DNA of 64,000 bases from Longimicrobiales bacterium (lineage in GTDB: Bacteria; Gemmatimonadota; Gemmatimonadetes; Longimicrobiales; Gaopeijiaceae), in contig CAXXKM010000003.1 of NCBI GenBank assembly GCA_963664435.2, forward strand, positions 96,001 to 160,000. The letters run 5' to 3'. The notes below the pieces were generated by a model. The model was not told where the DNA came from. It made no database searches and saw only the letters and a program-made list of their open reading frames with translations. Of the stretch, positions 38,177 through 47,045 are shown one piece after another. The position numbers and the translations under genes were made by a program. The stretch's first letter is position 1, and every line of letters starts with the position of its first letter.

Positions 38177-39100
38177 CTAACGGCTGATCGTCGTGCCGGA
38201 CGGGCCCGGGTCAGCCGACATCGGTTGGTCGCGGCGTACCACGACAGTGGCCGAATCCGCGATCAACGGGTCGGGACCGGTTACCACTTCGTGATCCTTG
38301 TCCGGATAGTCCAGACGGGAAAGGAAATACTGCATCGCGGCGATGCGCGCGCGCTTCTTGTCGTCCGACTTGATCACCGTCCAGGGCGCGTCCGCCGTGT
38401 CCGTATAGAAGAACATCGCCTCCTTGGCCTGCGTGTAGTCGTCCCACTTGTTCAGCGACGCCAGGTCGACCGGGGAGATCTTCCACTGCTTGAGCGGGTC
38501 GGTGTTGCGGCGCTCGAAGCGGTGCGCCTGTTCGTCCTGCGACACCGAGAAATAGAACTTGAAGAGCAGGATGCCGCTGTTGACCAGCATGCGTTCGAGT
38601 TCCGGGCACTGGCGCAGGAACTCGAGGTACTCCTGCCCGGTGCAGAATCCCATGACGCGCTCGACGCCCGCGCGGTTGTACCACGAGCGGTCGAAGAGCA
38701 CCATTTCCCCGGTCGACGGCAAGTGTCGGACATAGCGCTGGAAGTACCACTGGCCCCGCTCGACCTCGCTCGGCTTGTCGAGGGCGACGACGCGCGCGCC
38801 ACGCGGATTGAGGTGCTCCATGAACCGCTTGATGGTGCCGCCCTTGCCGGCTGCGTCGCGTCCTTCGAACAGAATGACGATCTTCTTCCCGGACCGTCGC
38901 ACCCAGCGCTGGACCTTCAGCAGCTCGACCTGCAGTTGCGCCTTCTGCCGCTCGTATTCCTTCCGCTTCATCTTGTCGCGGTAGGGATAGACGCCGTCCC
39001 GAAAGATGCGCTCGACCGTGACCGGACCCCGAAGGTCCTCGGCGGGTCTGTTGAGCGTGCGGGCCTGGTCGCTGTTTCGTCCGATCATGTTGCCGCTCAT
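38177..39100 (-). CDS. ppk2: Polyphosphate kinase 2
   Basis: FEGRDAAGKGG, FDRSWYNRAGVERVMGFC, WKISPVD. GGAG before ATG 39100. Confidence 0.93.
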   Translation of the reverse strand: MSGNMIGRNSDQARTLNRPAEDLRGPVTVERIFRDGVYPYRDKMKRKEYERQKAQLQVELLKVQRWVRRSGKKIVILFEGRDAAGKGGTIKRFMEHLNPRGARVVALDKPSEVERGQWYFQRYVRHLPSTGEMVLFDRSWYNRAGVERVMGFCTGQEYLEFLRQCPELERMLVNSGILLFKFYFSVSQDEQAHRFERRNTDPLKQWKISPVDLASLNKWDDYTQAKEAMFFYTDTADAPWTVIKSDDKKRARIAAMQYFLSRLDYPDKDHEVVTGPDPLIADSATVVVRRDQPMSADPGPSGTTISR

Positions 39101-39135
39101 GATGCGCTCTCCCTTCTCCTGATCGAGCCCTTCCG

Positions 39136-40710
39136 CTATCTCGAACCCCCGGCACGCGCCTCCACCAGCCCGGGGACTTCCTCGTCGGCCGCCGACCAGG
39201 CCGCCGCCAAGGCGGCGTATGCCTCGCGCGCGGCGGTTTCGTCGCCGAGCGCGGTCGCGGTGCGGGCCAGCCCAAGCAGCGACTGGGTGCGCCGGGGTGT
39301 GCGGGCGAGCTGGTCCCGCCACGCCGGGAGCGCCTCCTCCTGGCGGCCGAGGGCGGCCAGCTCCACCGCCAGCAGTTCATGGGGCGGCATGAGCGTGGCC
39401 GGGGGGCCGAATTCGTAGGGAAGCGCCTCCTCCTGCCGGGCCGCCTCCCTGAGGAGCGCGATGCCTGTCTCGGAATCGCCCGCGGCCAGCGCGACGAGGG
39501 CGTCCAGTGCCCCCAGGAGGATGGCGTGCCGGGGGTTGCCCTGGGCGCCGGGTTCTCCGTGGCGTGCGCGGAGCCGCCGTGCGCGTTCCGCGTCCCCCGT
39601 GCGCAGGGCGGCGAGGGCATCCACGAAGTCGTTGGGGAGCGCCAGCCCGGGGAACGCCGTCAGGTCGGCCGAGATCTCTCCGGCCCGCGCCCACTCCCCG
39701 GGGTCGATCACCGCGCGCGCCTTCATCTGCACGAAGTACGCGGCTTCGTCCGGGGCCGGTGCGTCCGCCATGCGCGCCATGCACGCGGCCATCCCGGCGG
39801 CGGCGTCCTCCAGGCGCCCCAGCTGCAGGTACCCGTAGTGCAGCCACGACGTATAGTGGCCGCATACGTTCGCCCGCTGCCCCCGGCGGGCCCGAGCCGC
39901 GTTCTGCACGTCGCGGGCGCGAACGTTGGCCGCGACCACGTCCTCCCACAGGCCCATGGCCACGAAGATGTGGGAGGTCATGTGCTGGGCATGGCCCGCG
40001 TCCGGCGCGATTTCCGAGTACGCCCGAGCCGCCGGCAGTCCAAGGGGCGCGTGGATGGGGTCGTCGAAGGCATGGATGACGTAATGGGCCGCGCCCGGGT
40101 GCATCGGGTTCTCTTCGAGCACGGGCTGAGCCACTGCGGCCGCCTTCATGTAGATCGCGAAGTCGCGGCCGTCATGCGCCGTTCCCAGCAGCGACAGCGC
40201 GTAGAAGGCACGCGCGTCCTGGTCTTCGGGGTATCTCTCGGCCAACCGCCTCATGGCGTCGCGGTAGCGGAAATCCCGCGCCTCCTTGGAGCCCTCGCCG
40301 TAGAGGATCTCCACCGTCTCCAGCCAGTCCCTTTCGCGTGCGGTGGGAACTTGGGCGAGCCGTTCGCGGGGCGTCGGCGCGTATGCGCCAAGGACGGCCA
40401 GCGCCGCATCCCGGTCCTGTTCCATCCAGATGGGATGATTGTAGGTGTGGGCCTCGCCCCAGTAGGCCATCGCGAAATCCGGATCGATCGCGCGCGCTCT
40501 CCTGAAGCGGGCCGCCGCGTCCTCGTATTCGAAGTTGTGCAGAAGCATCAGCCCCGCCTCGAAGTGCGGCTGAGCCTCGGCCGACCCCGACGTGGGGAAG
40601 TTCACGGATCCGAGCTCCTGCGCCCCGGACGGCCCGGGAACGAGCAGGCAGAACAGCGAGCCGAGCACGGGGAGCGTCTTCCCGGAAACCATCCAGGCAC
40701 GAGCGTTCAT
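39136..40710 (-). CDS. Secreted TPR-repeat protein
   Basis: Signal peptide, LGSVNFPTS, DPDFAMAYWG, HPGAAHYVIH, HAQHMTSHIF, TPR helices. Start taken at ATG 40710. Confidence 0.78.
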   Translation of the reverse strand: MNARAWMVSGKTLPVLGSLFCLLVPGPSGAQELGSVNFPTSGSAEAQPHFEAGLMLLHNFEYEDAAARFRRARAIDPDFAMAYWGEAHTYNHPIWMEQDRDAALAVLGAYAPTPRERLAQVPTARERDWLETVEILYGEGSKEARDFRYRDAMRRLAERYPEDQDARAFYALSLLGTAHDGRDFAIYMKAAAVAQPVLEENPMHPGAAHYVIHAFDDPIHAPLGLPAARAYSEIAPDAGHAQHMTSHIFVAMGLWEDVVAANVRARDVQNAARARRGQRANVCGHYTSWLHYGYLQLGRLEDAAAGMAACMARMADAPAPDEAAYFVQMKARAVIDPGEWARAGEISADLTAFPGLALPNDFVDALAALRTGDAERARRLRARHGEPGAQGNPRHAILLGALDALVALAAGDSETGIALLREAARQEEALPYEFGPPATLMPPHELLAVELAALGRQEEALPAWRDQLARTPRRTQSLLGLARTATALGDETAAREAYAALAAAWSAADEEVPGLVEARAGGSR

Positions 40711-40909
40711 CAGGCTGCTTCCTTCCAGGGTTGCGGGGCTGGCGTCGTCTAATGTCAGCAAGCCCCGCGAGAGGCGCCAGAGTGCACGGTGGGCGGGGGT
40801 TTGGTCGATTTCGCCGGCGGTCTTAGGTTCTTGGCGCTCGCGATGGATGAAGCCGGTGCCGTCAACCCCCGGAGAACCCGATGCCGAACGTACCACCGGG
40901 TTGTTTGTC

Positions 40910-41428
40910 ATGACGTTGCCCGCATCCGGGCGTGTGAGCTTCCGTCCCATGTTGCCGGCCGACTGGCCCGAAGTGGCCGAGATCTACCGGCAGGGGATCG
41001 AATCCGGCAACGCCACCTTCGAGACGGAGGTTCCGAGCTGGGATGCGTGGAATGCGGACCGCAGCCCCGATTGCCGCATGATCGCGGAAGTGGACGGCCG
41101 GATCGCTGGTTTTGCCGCGCTCAGTCCGCTCTCGGGACGCTGCGTCTACGACGGGGTGCGCGAGGCTACGATCTACATTGCGGAGTCGGCCCGCGGACAG
41201 GGCGTGGGCAGCGCGCTCCTGCGCGAACTCGTCGCCGAGACCGAAGCGTTGGGCATCTGGACGCTGGAAGCGGGGATCTTTCCGGAGAACAAGGCCTCGA
41301 TCCGCATCTTCGAGCGGTGCGGGTTCCGCATCCTCGGCATTCACGAGCGCCTGGGCCGGTTCCATGACGGCCGCTGGCGCGATGTCGTGCTCATGGAACG
41401 GCGAAGCCGGATCGCGGGAGTGGATTGA
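40910..41428 (+). CDS. GNAT N-acetyltransferase (phosphinothricin/YncA-like)
   Basis: IYRQGIESGNATFE, RGQGVGSALL, IFPENKASI, WRDVVLMERRS. Alternative start 40847. Confidence 0.85.
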   Translation: MTLPASGRVSFRPMLPADWPEVAEIYRQGIESGNATFETEVPSWDAWNADRSPDCRMIAEVDGRIAGFAALSPLSGRCVYDGVREATIYIAESARGQGVGSALLRELVAETEALGIWTLEAGIFPENKASIRIFERCGFRILGIHERLGRFHDGRWRDVVLMERRSRIAGVD

Positions 41429-42663
41429 CGATTCCGATGCCAGCCTCCGCCCCGGCGTCGTCCGGGTCGCCTGCGAGCCGCCGGAGCGCGCTCACCCTCG
41501 CGCTGACCCTGACGGTGGCTCACCTCGCCAACGACGCCTACGTCGCCTTCCTGCACCCGCTTCTGCCGCGTCTCATGGACAAGCTGGGCCTGTCCATCGC
41601 GCTCGCGGCCGTGCTGAGCATGGTCCTGTCGCTGGCTTCGTCCCTGCCCCAGCCGGTCATGGGATACCTCGCCGACCGGGTGGGTCGGCGTTGGCTGGTG
41701 GCTCTCGGGCCGATCGTGTCCGGCCTCTTCCTCAGCCTCATCGGACTCGCGCCGACGTTCGGAGTGCTCGTCGTGCTGCTGGCGCTGGGCGGGCTCGGAA
41801 GCGCCTTCTTCCATCCGCCCGCGGTGTCGCTGGCCGGTCGTGTGTCGGAGGGAAAGGGGAGCGGTCTGCGCGTGTCCATCTTTTCCTTTGGCGGGCACCT
41901 GGGCTTCGCGCTCGGACCGGTCACCGCGGTGGCCCTCGTCGGCTTCTTCACCCTGGAAGGACTCTGGGTGGCGATGTTCCCCGGCATCGTCATCGGGCTC
42001 GCGACCCTGGCGTTTCTGCCTCGCCCCGAGCGAGGTCGCGTGCCCGTGCCACCGCCCTCGCCGCGAGAGGTGCTGCGCGCGCTCGCGGGCCCGCTCGGCC
42101 TGGTTTTCGGCATCAGCGCGCTGGGGTCGTTCGTCCAGCGGACCTTTCTGACCCTGTACCCCATCGTGGTCGACCAGGCCGGCGGCTCGGAGGCCCTCGG
42201 GGCGGCCTCGCTCAGCGTCTATCTGGGACTCCAGGCTGGCGGGACCATCTTCGCCGGCCTCCTGACCGACCGCGTCGACCGCACCCGGCTGCTGGCCGCG
42301 ATCTGCATCCTCGCCGCGCCCGCGCACTTTCTGGCGGTCTATCTGCCACCTGGGAGCGCCCTGGCCTTTGCGGCTCTGGGCTGCGCGGGGCTGCTCAACA
42401 TGGCGCTGCTCCCCCCGACGGTCGTCATCGCCCAGGAAATCCTCCCCACCGGGGCCAGCATAGGCTCCGGGATCGTCATGGGACTGGCGTGGGGCACGGG
42501 CACGCTGGGCGTGGGGGTTGTGGGTGTCCTCGGAGACCTGGTCGGGCCGCAGCCGGCGGCGCTCGCCGCCATGCCGATGTTCCTGCTCGGTGCGGCGCTG
42601 GCTCTCCATCCCGCGCTCCGGCCACACGCCCTCTCGGGTACGTCGAGGGCGGCAAGGCGTTAA
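41425..42663 (+). CDS. MFS transporter (Fsr-like)
   Basis: AHLANDAY, QPVMGYLADR, GSAFFHP, GGHLGFALGP, 12 TM helices. Start TTG 41425 or ATG 41437. Confidence 0.85.
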   Translation: MTIPMPASAPASSGSPASRRSALTLALTLTVAHLANDAYVAFLHPLLPRLMDKLGLSIALAAVLSMVLSLASSLPQPVMGYLADRVGRRWLVALGPIVSGLFLSLIGLAPTFGVLVVLLALGGLGSAFFHPPAVSLAGRVSEGKGSGLRVSIFSFGGHLGFALGPVTAVALVGFFTLEGLWVAMFPGIVIGLATLAFLPRPERGRVPVPPPSPREVLRALAGPLGLVFGISALGSFVQRTFLTLYPIVVDQAGGSEALGAASLSVYLGLQAGGTIFAGLLTDRVDRTRLLAAICILAAPAHFLAVYLPPGSALAFAALGCAGLLNMALLPPTVVIAQEILPTGASIGSGIVMGLAWGTGTLGVGVVGVLGDLVGPQPAALAAMPMFLLGAALALHPALRPHALSGTSRAARR

Positions 42664-42705
42664 GCTGAGGTGGTCGAAACATCCAGACTCCAGGAGGGAA
42701 CTCCC

Positions 42706-43644
42706 ATGCGCCGTCCCGTCCCCATCCTCCTCGCCTTTTGGTTCGCGCTCTGGCCCTGCCTCGCCGCCGCGCAGGAACCCGAACTCCCACCGATCCTCAA
42801 GGTTCGCAACTATCTCCCCCACATGACCCGGCCGGAGGTCGAGGATCTTCTCACCCGGACGGACATGGTCATCTTCCCGGTGGGAGCGCTCGAGCAGCAC
42901 GGCACCCACCTGCCGATCGGCACCGACTACCTGAACGGAGTGGAACGGGCCAAGAGGGTGGCCCAGCGAGCGGATGTGCTGGTGGCGCCCATCCTGCTCC
43001 CCGGGCAGTCACCCTACCACATGGAATTCGCGGGCACCGTGACCCTCCCTTCGACGCTCGTTCAGGAGGTTTATGTGGAATCTGCCAAAAGCCTTATGCA
43101 GCATGGTTTCAAGCGTTTTCTAATCATGAATGCCCATGGCGGCAACCGGGCCATCACGACCTTCATCGTGGACCGCATCAATCAGGAGACGGAGGGAATC
43201 GCGGTCGATCTGGGCGCCGTCTCCGGCCCGTTCAGGGTTCGCGACGCCGACCCGCAGCCGACTCCGGCGCCCGATGTGCTCGACCGCCACGGAGGCACCG
43301 GCGAGACCTCCAGGTCGCTCTACCAGATCCCCCATCTGGTGGATCTGGACGCCATCGAAGTCGCGCAGCTGACAATGCCCGCGCACTTGGAAGCCATGGT
43401 GCCCGAGGTGCTCGCCGGAGATCCGACCGCGCTTGCGGTGTTCCTGGCGGAGGGACTGAAGGATGCGGCCACGGGGAAGGGGACTTCGGCCGCGCAGATG
43501 TCGACAACCGGGGTCTGGGGGGAGCGCGATCCCGCCGAGGCGAGCGTCGAACGAGGGCGGAACATGACCGAGGTTTCCGTGGATGCGGCTGTTGCGTTCA
43601 TCGAGCGATGGAACGAGCTGAGGCCCCCGGGCACGGAGCGGTAA
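42706..43644 (+). CDS. Creatininase-family amidohydrolase with signal peptide
   Basis: GALEQHGTHLPIGTD, NAHGGN, HGGTGETS. GGAGGG SD. AAA-Q signal cleavage site. Confidence 0.85.
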   Translation: MRRPVPILLAFWFALWPCLAAAQEPELPPILKVRNYLPHMTRPEVEDLLTRTDMVIFPVGALEQHGTHLPIGTDYLNGVERAKRVAQRADVLVAPILLPGQSPYHMEFAGTVTLPSTLVQEVYVESAKSLMQHGFKRFLIMNAHGGNRAITTFIVDRINQETEGIAVDLGAVSGPFRVRDADPQPTPAPDVLDRHGGTGETSRSLYQIPHLVDLDAIEVAQLTMPAHLEAMVPEVLAGDPTALAVFLAEGLKDAATGKGTSAAQMSTTGVWGERDPAEASVERGRNMTEVSVDAAVAFIERWNELRPPGTER

Positions 43645-43855
43645 CGCCCGTAGCACCCGGCTCCACACGCACCCGTCGCGCGGCGGCCATCCCGCTCGCC
43701 ACGAATCGCCGGGCGGCACCTGGCCGTTTGCGTTCCCGTTGACCCGAATGGAGCGCAAAGATTAGGTTTTGCCCGCCGTCATCGAGTTTCGCCGGGTTCG
43801 TGCGAGCCATGGATGAACCCCACCGGTTTCCGCGCCAACCCCACATCTTCGCTTC

Positions 43856-44566
43856 ATGTCCAAGTATTCCCGACGTCCTGCCCCGGGAGGCCCGACCTCC
43901 AGTGCGCCCGACGAGGACGACCTTTTTACCAGCCGGGTCCTCGAGATTACGGTCTGGGCCCAGAACAACGCTCAGACCCTGATCTTTGGGGGCATCGTGG
44001 TCGCGCTCGCCGTCGCCGCAACCGTGTATTACTTCAACTTCAGCGAGACGCGCGAGGATCAGAGCGCTCTCGAGCTGGAGCAGATCCATCAGGTCGTGGG
44101 GGTCGTCAGCACCGAAGAGACCCTGGCCGAGTTGAACCGCTTTCTGGACCGCTTCGAGGACGCCTCCAGCGCGGCCGAGGCCCGGCTTCTGCTGGGCCAG
44201 GTCCAGCTTGAGAACGGGGATGTCCAGGCGGCCATCGACGCCTTGCAGCCGCTCCGCGGCCGCCTCGGCGAGCCGGTGGCACTGCAGGCGGGCTTCCTTC
44301 TGGGCGCCGCCTATGAGCAGCAGGGCCTGTGGGACGAGGCGGTTGCGACGTATCTCGAGATCGCCGACGAGACCGATCTGGGCTTCCAACTGCGCAACGC
44401 GCTCTCGGACGCGGCCCGCGTGCGCGCGGCGCAGGGCCGCTACGCCGAAGCGGAGGCTCTGCTCGGGGACCTGCTCGCCGAACTGGACGCGACCGATCCC
44501 GGCCGCGGGGTCATCGAGATGCGCCTGGCTGAGATGCGCGCCCGTCTGATGTCGTCCGGGGGTTGA
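43856..44566 (+). CDS. YfgM-like membrane-anchored TPR protein
   Basis: Short N-terminus, one TM helix (LIFGGIVVALAVAATVYYF), TPR-like helices. Confidence 0.75.
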   Translation: MSKYSRRPAPGGPTSSAPDEDDLFTSRVLEITVWAQNNAQTLIFGGIVVALAVAATVYYFNFSETREDQSALELEQIHQVVGVVSTEETLAELNRFLDRFEDASSAAEARLLLGQVQLENGDVQAAIDALQPLRGRLGEPVALQAGFLLGAAYEQQGLWDEAVATYLEIADETDLGFQLRNALSDAARVRAAQGRYAEAEALLGDLLAELDATDPGRGVIEMRLAEMRARLMSSGG

Positions 44567-46016
44567 GCCCGGACGCCGACTCCGCGACCGTCGTCTCCAG
44601 CCCGAGCCAGCCTGTCCGCCCTCCCGCCGTCCGCACGTACAGGTAGCCGCCGAAGCGGCCGATCACCCGCACTTCGGTTCCCGCGTCCAGTCGAGCCAGC
44701 ACGGCCGAGTCCTCCGTCGGCGCCGTCAGTACCGCGCTCGCCGCCGCGACGGTTTCCCTCGCGACGGGATCCACGACCGGGTCGGTGAGGCGCGCGGCCA
44801 CGTAACCTGTTGTGCCGTCCGGCAGTCGCGCCCGGAAGAAGCTGCCTGAACCGGCGAGCAGGCGGAGCGGCGTGTGCCGGTCCAGTTCACGCACCACATC
44901 ACCCCGCGGGCCGGGTGCCGCCCGCAGCCGGACCCCTCCGTTGCGCACCCGGTTCCATGCGCCCAGGCGTTCCGTGTCGACCGTGAGTTCCGGAACGGTG
45001 GCGCGCACCGGATCGATGTACGGGAAGGGGTCGACCGCGCCTTCGCCGCGCCGGTAGAGTCCGAGGTGCAGGTGGGGCGGGGTGGTGCGCGCGTTCCCGG
45101 TGTTGCCGACGAAGCCGACGGTATCGCCGGCCTGGACTTCTTGTCCGTCGCGGACGTACTGGCTGTCCAGATGGGCGTAGTAGACGCTGGCGTTGCGCAC
45201 CGGATCGCGAACCCATACCACCTTTCCGCCGATGCGCGTGTCCCGCACCCGGTTGACCCGTCCTGCCGATGTCGCGAGCACGGGCGTTCCGCGGCGCGCG
45301 AAGATGTCGACGCCCCGGTGGCTGCGCGCACCCCCGTCTCGTGCCGCTCCGAACCGGCTGTGAACGTGCTCCGGGCCGTGCCCTTCGACGGGAAACGCCA
45401 GCTGCGCCTGAATCTGCAGCCTGACGGAGTAGCTGCCGCCCCGCAGCAGCTCCGGCTGAAGCCGAAGGACGAACTCTCCGCCGCGCCAGGGCTCGTGCGA
45501 GAACACGTCGACCGGCGATTCCGACGAGAAGATCGGCCGCATGGGGTCCGCGGGATCGGCGGGCACGCGAAAGAGGTCGACGAATACCCGCGCGGGCTCG
45601 CCGGACCGGACCGAAATCTCGACCGTCAGTCTCCGGCCGCGCTCGAGATGAAATCGGTATCCGGTCGCCTCCGGGGCATCCGGGCTGATGTAGCCTTCCT
45701 CGGCATAGGGCAGGGTCACCGCAAGCGGCTCGGTGAGTGCGAGACGTCCCGCAGCCTCCCAATCCCTCGCGAGCGCCGATCCTCCGAGCCCTGCGACGTT
45801 CAGCTGCGCCTGGTAGGCCTCGTGCGGCGTCAGGTCGCGAAAATGGTCGCGGAGCTGCTCGACTTCCTCACATCCCGCAACCGCCACCAGCCCCGCCATC
45901 AAGGCACAGCGGACGATACCGGCGCCGGCGCGCGTGTGCCTCCGCCCCCGATCAACCCGATGATGTTCCGGTTTGCGGACGCCGCCGCCGGTTGACGGCA
46001 GAAACGATTCCGGCAT
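44511..46016 (-). CDS. M23 family peptidase with C-terminal SH3b-like domains (probable lipoprotein)
   Basis: HRGVD, YYAHLD, GNTGNA, PHLH motifs; VRLRAAPG and GWL SH3b-like ends; lipobox-like AVAGC. Start uncertain (46016 or 45899) and cannot be 46220, which crosses dif. Confidence 0.82.
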   Translation of the reverse strand: MPESFLPSTGGGVRKPEHHRVDRGRRHTRAGAGIVRCALMAGLVAVAGCEEVEQLRDHFRDLTPHEAYQAQLNVAGLGGSALARDWEAAGRLALTEPLAVTLPYAEEGYISPDAPEATGYRFHLERGRRLTVEISVRSGEPARVFVDLFRVPADPADPMRPIFSSESPVDVFSHEPWRGGEFVLRLQPELLRGGSYSVRLQIQAQLAFPVEGHGPEHVHSRFGAARDGGARSHRGVDIFARRGTPVLATSAGRVNRVRDTRIGGKVVWVRDPVRNASVYYAHLDSQYVRDGQEVQAGDTVGFVGNTGNARTTPPHLHLGLYRRGEGAVDPFPYIDPVRATVPELTVDTERLGAWNRVRNGGVRLRAAPGPRGDVVRELDRHTPLRLLAGSGSFFRARLPDGTTGYVAARLTDPVVDPVARETVAAASAVLTAPTEDSAVLARLDAGTEVRVIGRFGGYLYVRTAGGRTGWLGLETTVAESASGLNPRTTSDGRASQPGASR

Positions 46017-46151
46017 GCTGAATCCCCCCGTCCCTGAAAGCTCCTCGCGCCAACCCATGATCCAACGCCGGTGACAAGCACGCGCCAACGCCATACTAGC
46101 GCACCGATGCCGCAGGGGGAACCGGGTCGCTCGCGCGACGGCGGGTTCAAA

Positions 46152-46179
46152 ACTGCGCATAATATGTATTATGTATAGT
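46152..46179 (+). other. dif: dif-like XerC/XerD recombination site
   Basis: ACTGCGCATAA-TATGTA-TTATGTATAGT has the 11-6-11 layout of E. coli dif (GGTGCGCATAA-TGTATA-TTATGTTAAAT). It is intergenic, AT-rich, and at the gene-orientation switch. Confidence 0.85.
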
Positions 46180-46319
46180 CTCGAAATCCCGCGGCCCCCT
46201 CTCAGAATTCCGTGACGCAAAATATACCTGATGACGGCGGCAGAATTCCGTGATGGCAGCAGTCGGAATTCTGATGGGAGGGGTTTGCGGCCGTCCGTCG
46301 AAATCGTGACGGCAGATCG

Positions 46320-47045
46320 TCACAGACGCCCGAGCAGATCCAGTATCCGGAGCATCCAGACGCGCCAGACCGCTTCCCGGACGATCTTTCCCGACATCTT
46401 CGACTCACCGGAATCGCGCTCGGTGAAGACGATCGGGACCTCGATCAGACGAAAGCCCTTGCGCGCCGCCCGAAACTTCAACTCGATCTGGAAGGCGTAT
46501 CCGTTGGAGACGATGCGGTCGAGGTCGAGGGCTTCGAGGACTTCCCTGCGCCAGCAGTTGAAGCCACCGGTGGCGTCGGCGACCGGAAGACCGGTGATGG
46601 TGCGGGCGTACCAGCAGCCGAAGTAACTGATCAGGAGCCGGCTCATGGGCCAGTCGACGACCGTGACCCGGCCGTTGAGGTAGCGGGAGCCGATGACGAC
46701 GTCCGCGTGCCGGGTCTGCTCCATGAAAGCCGGAAGCATCTCCGGCGAATGGGACAGATCGGCGTCCATCTCGCAGAGAAGCGGATAACCGCGCGCGAGA
46801 CCCCACCGGAACCCCGCCAGGTACGCAGGGCCGAGCCCGAGCTTTTCGGTTCGATGAAGAACATGGATCCGGGGTTCGGCGGCGGCCAGCTTATCGGCCA
46901 ACTGCCCGGTGCCGTCCGGGGATCCGTCGTCGATGACCAGGATCTCGATGCCGGGATGCTGCTCCAGAACCAGGGGCGCGATCCGGGGCAGGTTGTCCCG
47001 CTCGTTATAGGTCGGGATCAGGACGAGGAGTCGATGGTCAGGCAT
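46320..47045 (-). CDS. Polyprenol-monophosphomannose synthase (GT2, DPM1-like)
   Basis: IPTYNERDN, DDGSPDGTG, KLGLG.AY, EMDADLSH, DATGGF, GYAFQIE, ERDSGESKMS. Confidence 0.87.
   Translation of the reverse strand: MPDHRLLVLIPTYNERDNLPRIAPLVLEQHPGIEILVIDDGSPDGTGQLADKLAAAEPRIHVLHRTEKLGLGPAYLAGFRWGLARGYPLLCEMDADLSHSPEMLPAFMEQTRHADVVIGSRYLNGRVTVVDWPMSRLLISYFGCWYARTITGLPVADATGGFNCWRREVLEALDLDRIVSNGYAFQIELKFRAARKGFRLIEVPIVFTERDSGESKMSGKIVREAVWRVWMLRILDLLGRL

Noticed and set aside
30647..46150. Genomic island integrated at tRNA-Arg or tRNA-Gly
   Set aside because: I saw no integrase, no duplicated tRNA 3' end and no clear compositional shift.
46017..46220. M23 ORF start at 46220
   Set aside because: It would run through the dif site and put the signal peptide more than 100 aa inside the protein.
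46306..46323. matS site
   Set aside because: The spacer between GTGAC and GTCAC is 8 bp, not the 3 bp of matS; retained only as part of the repeat cluster.
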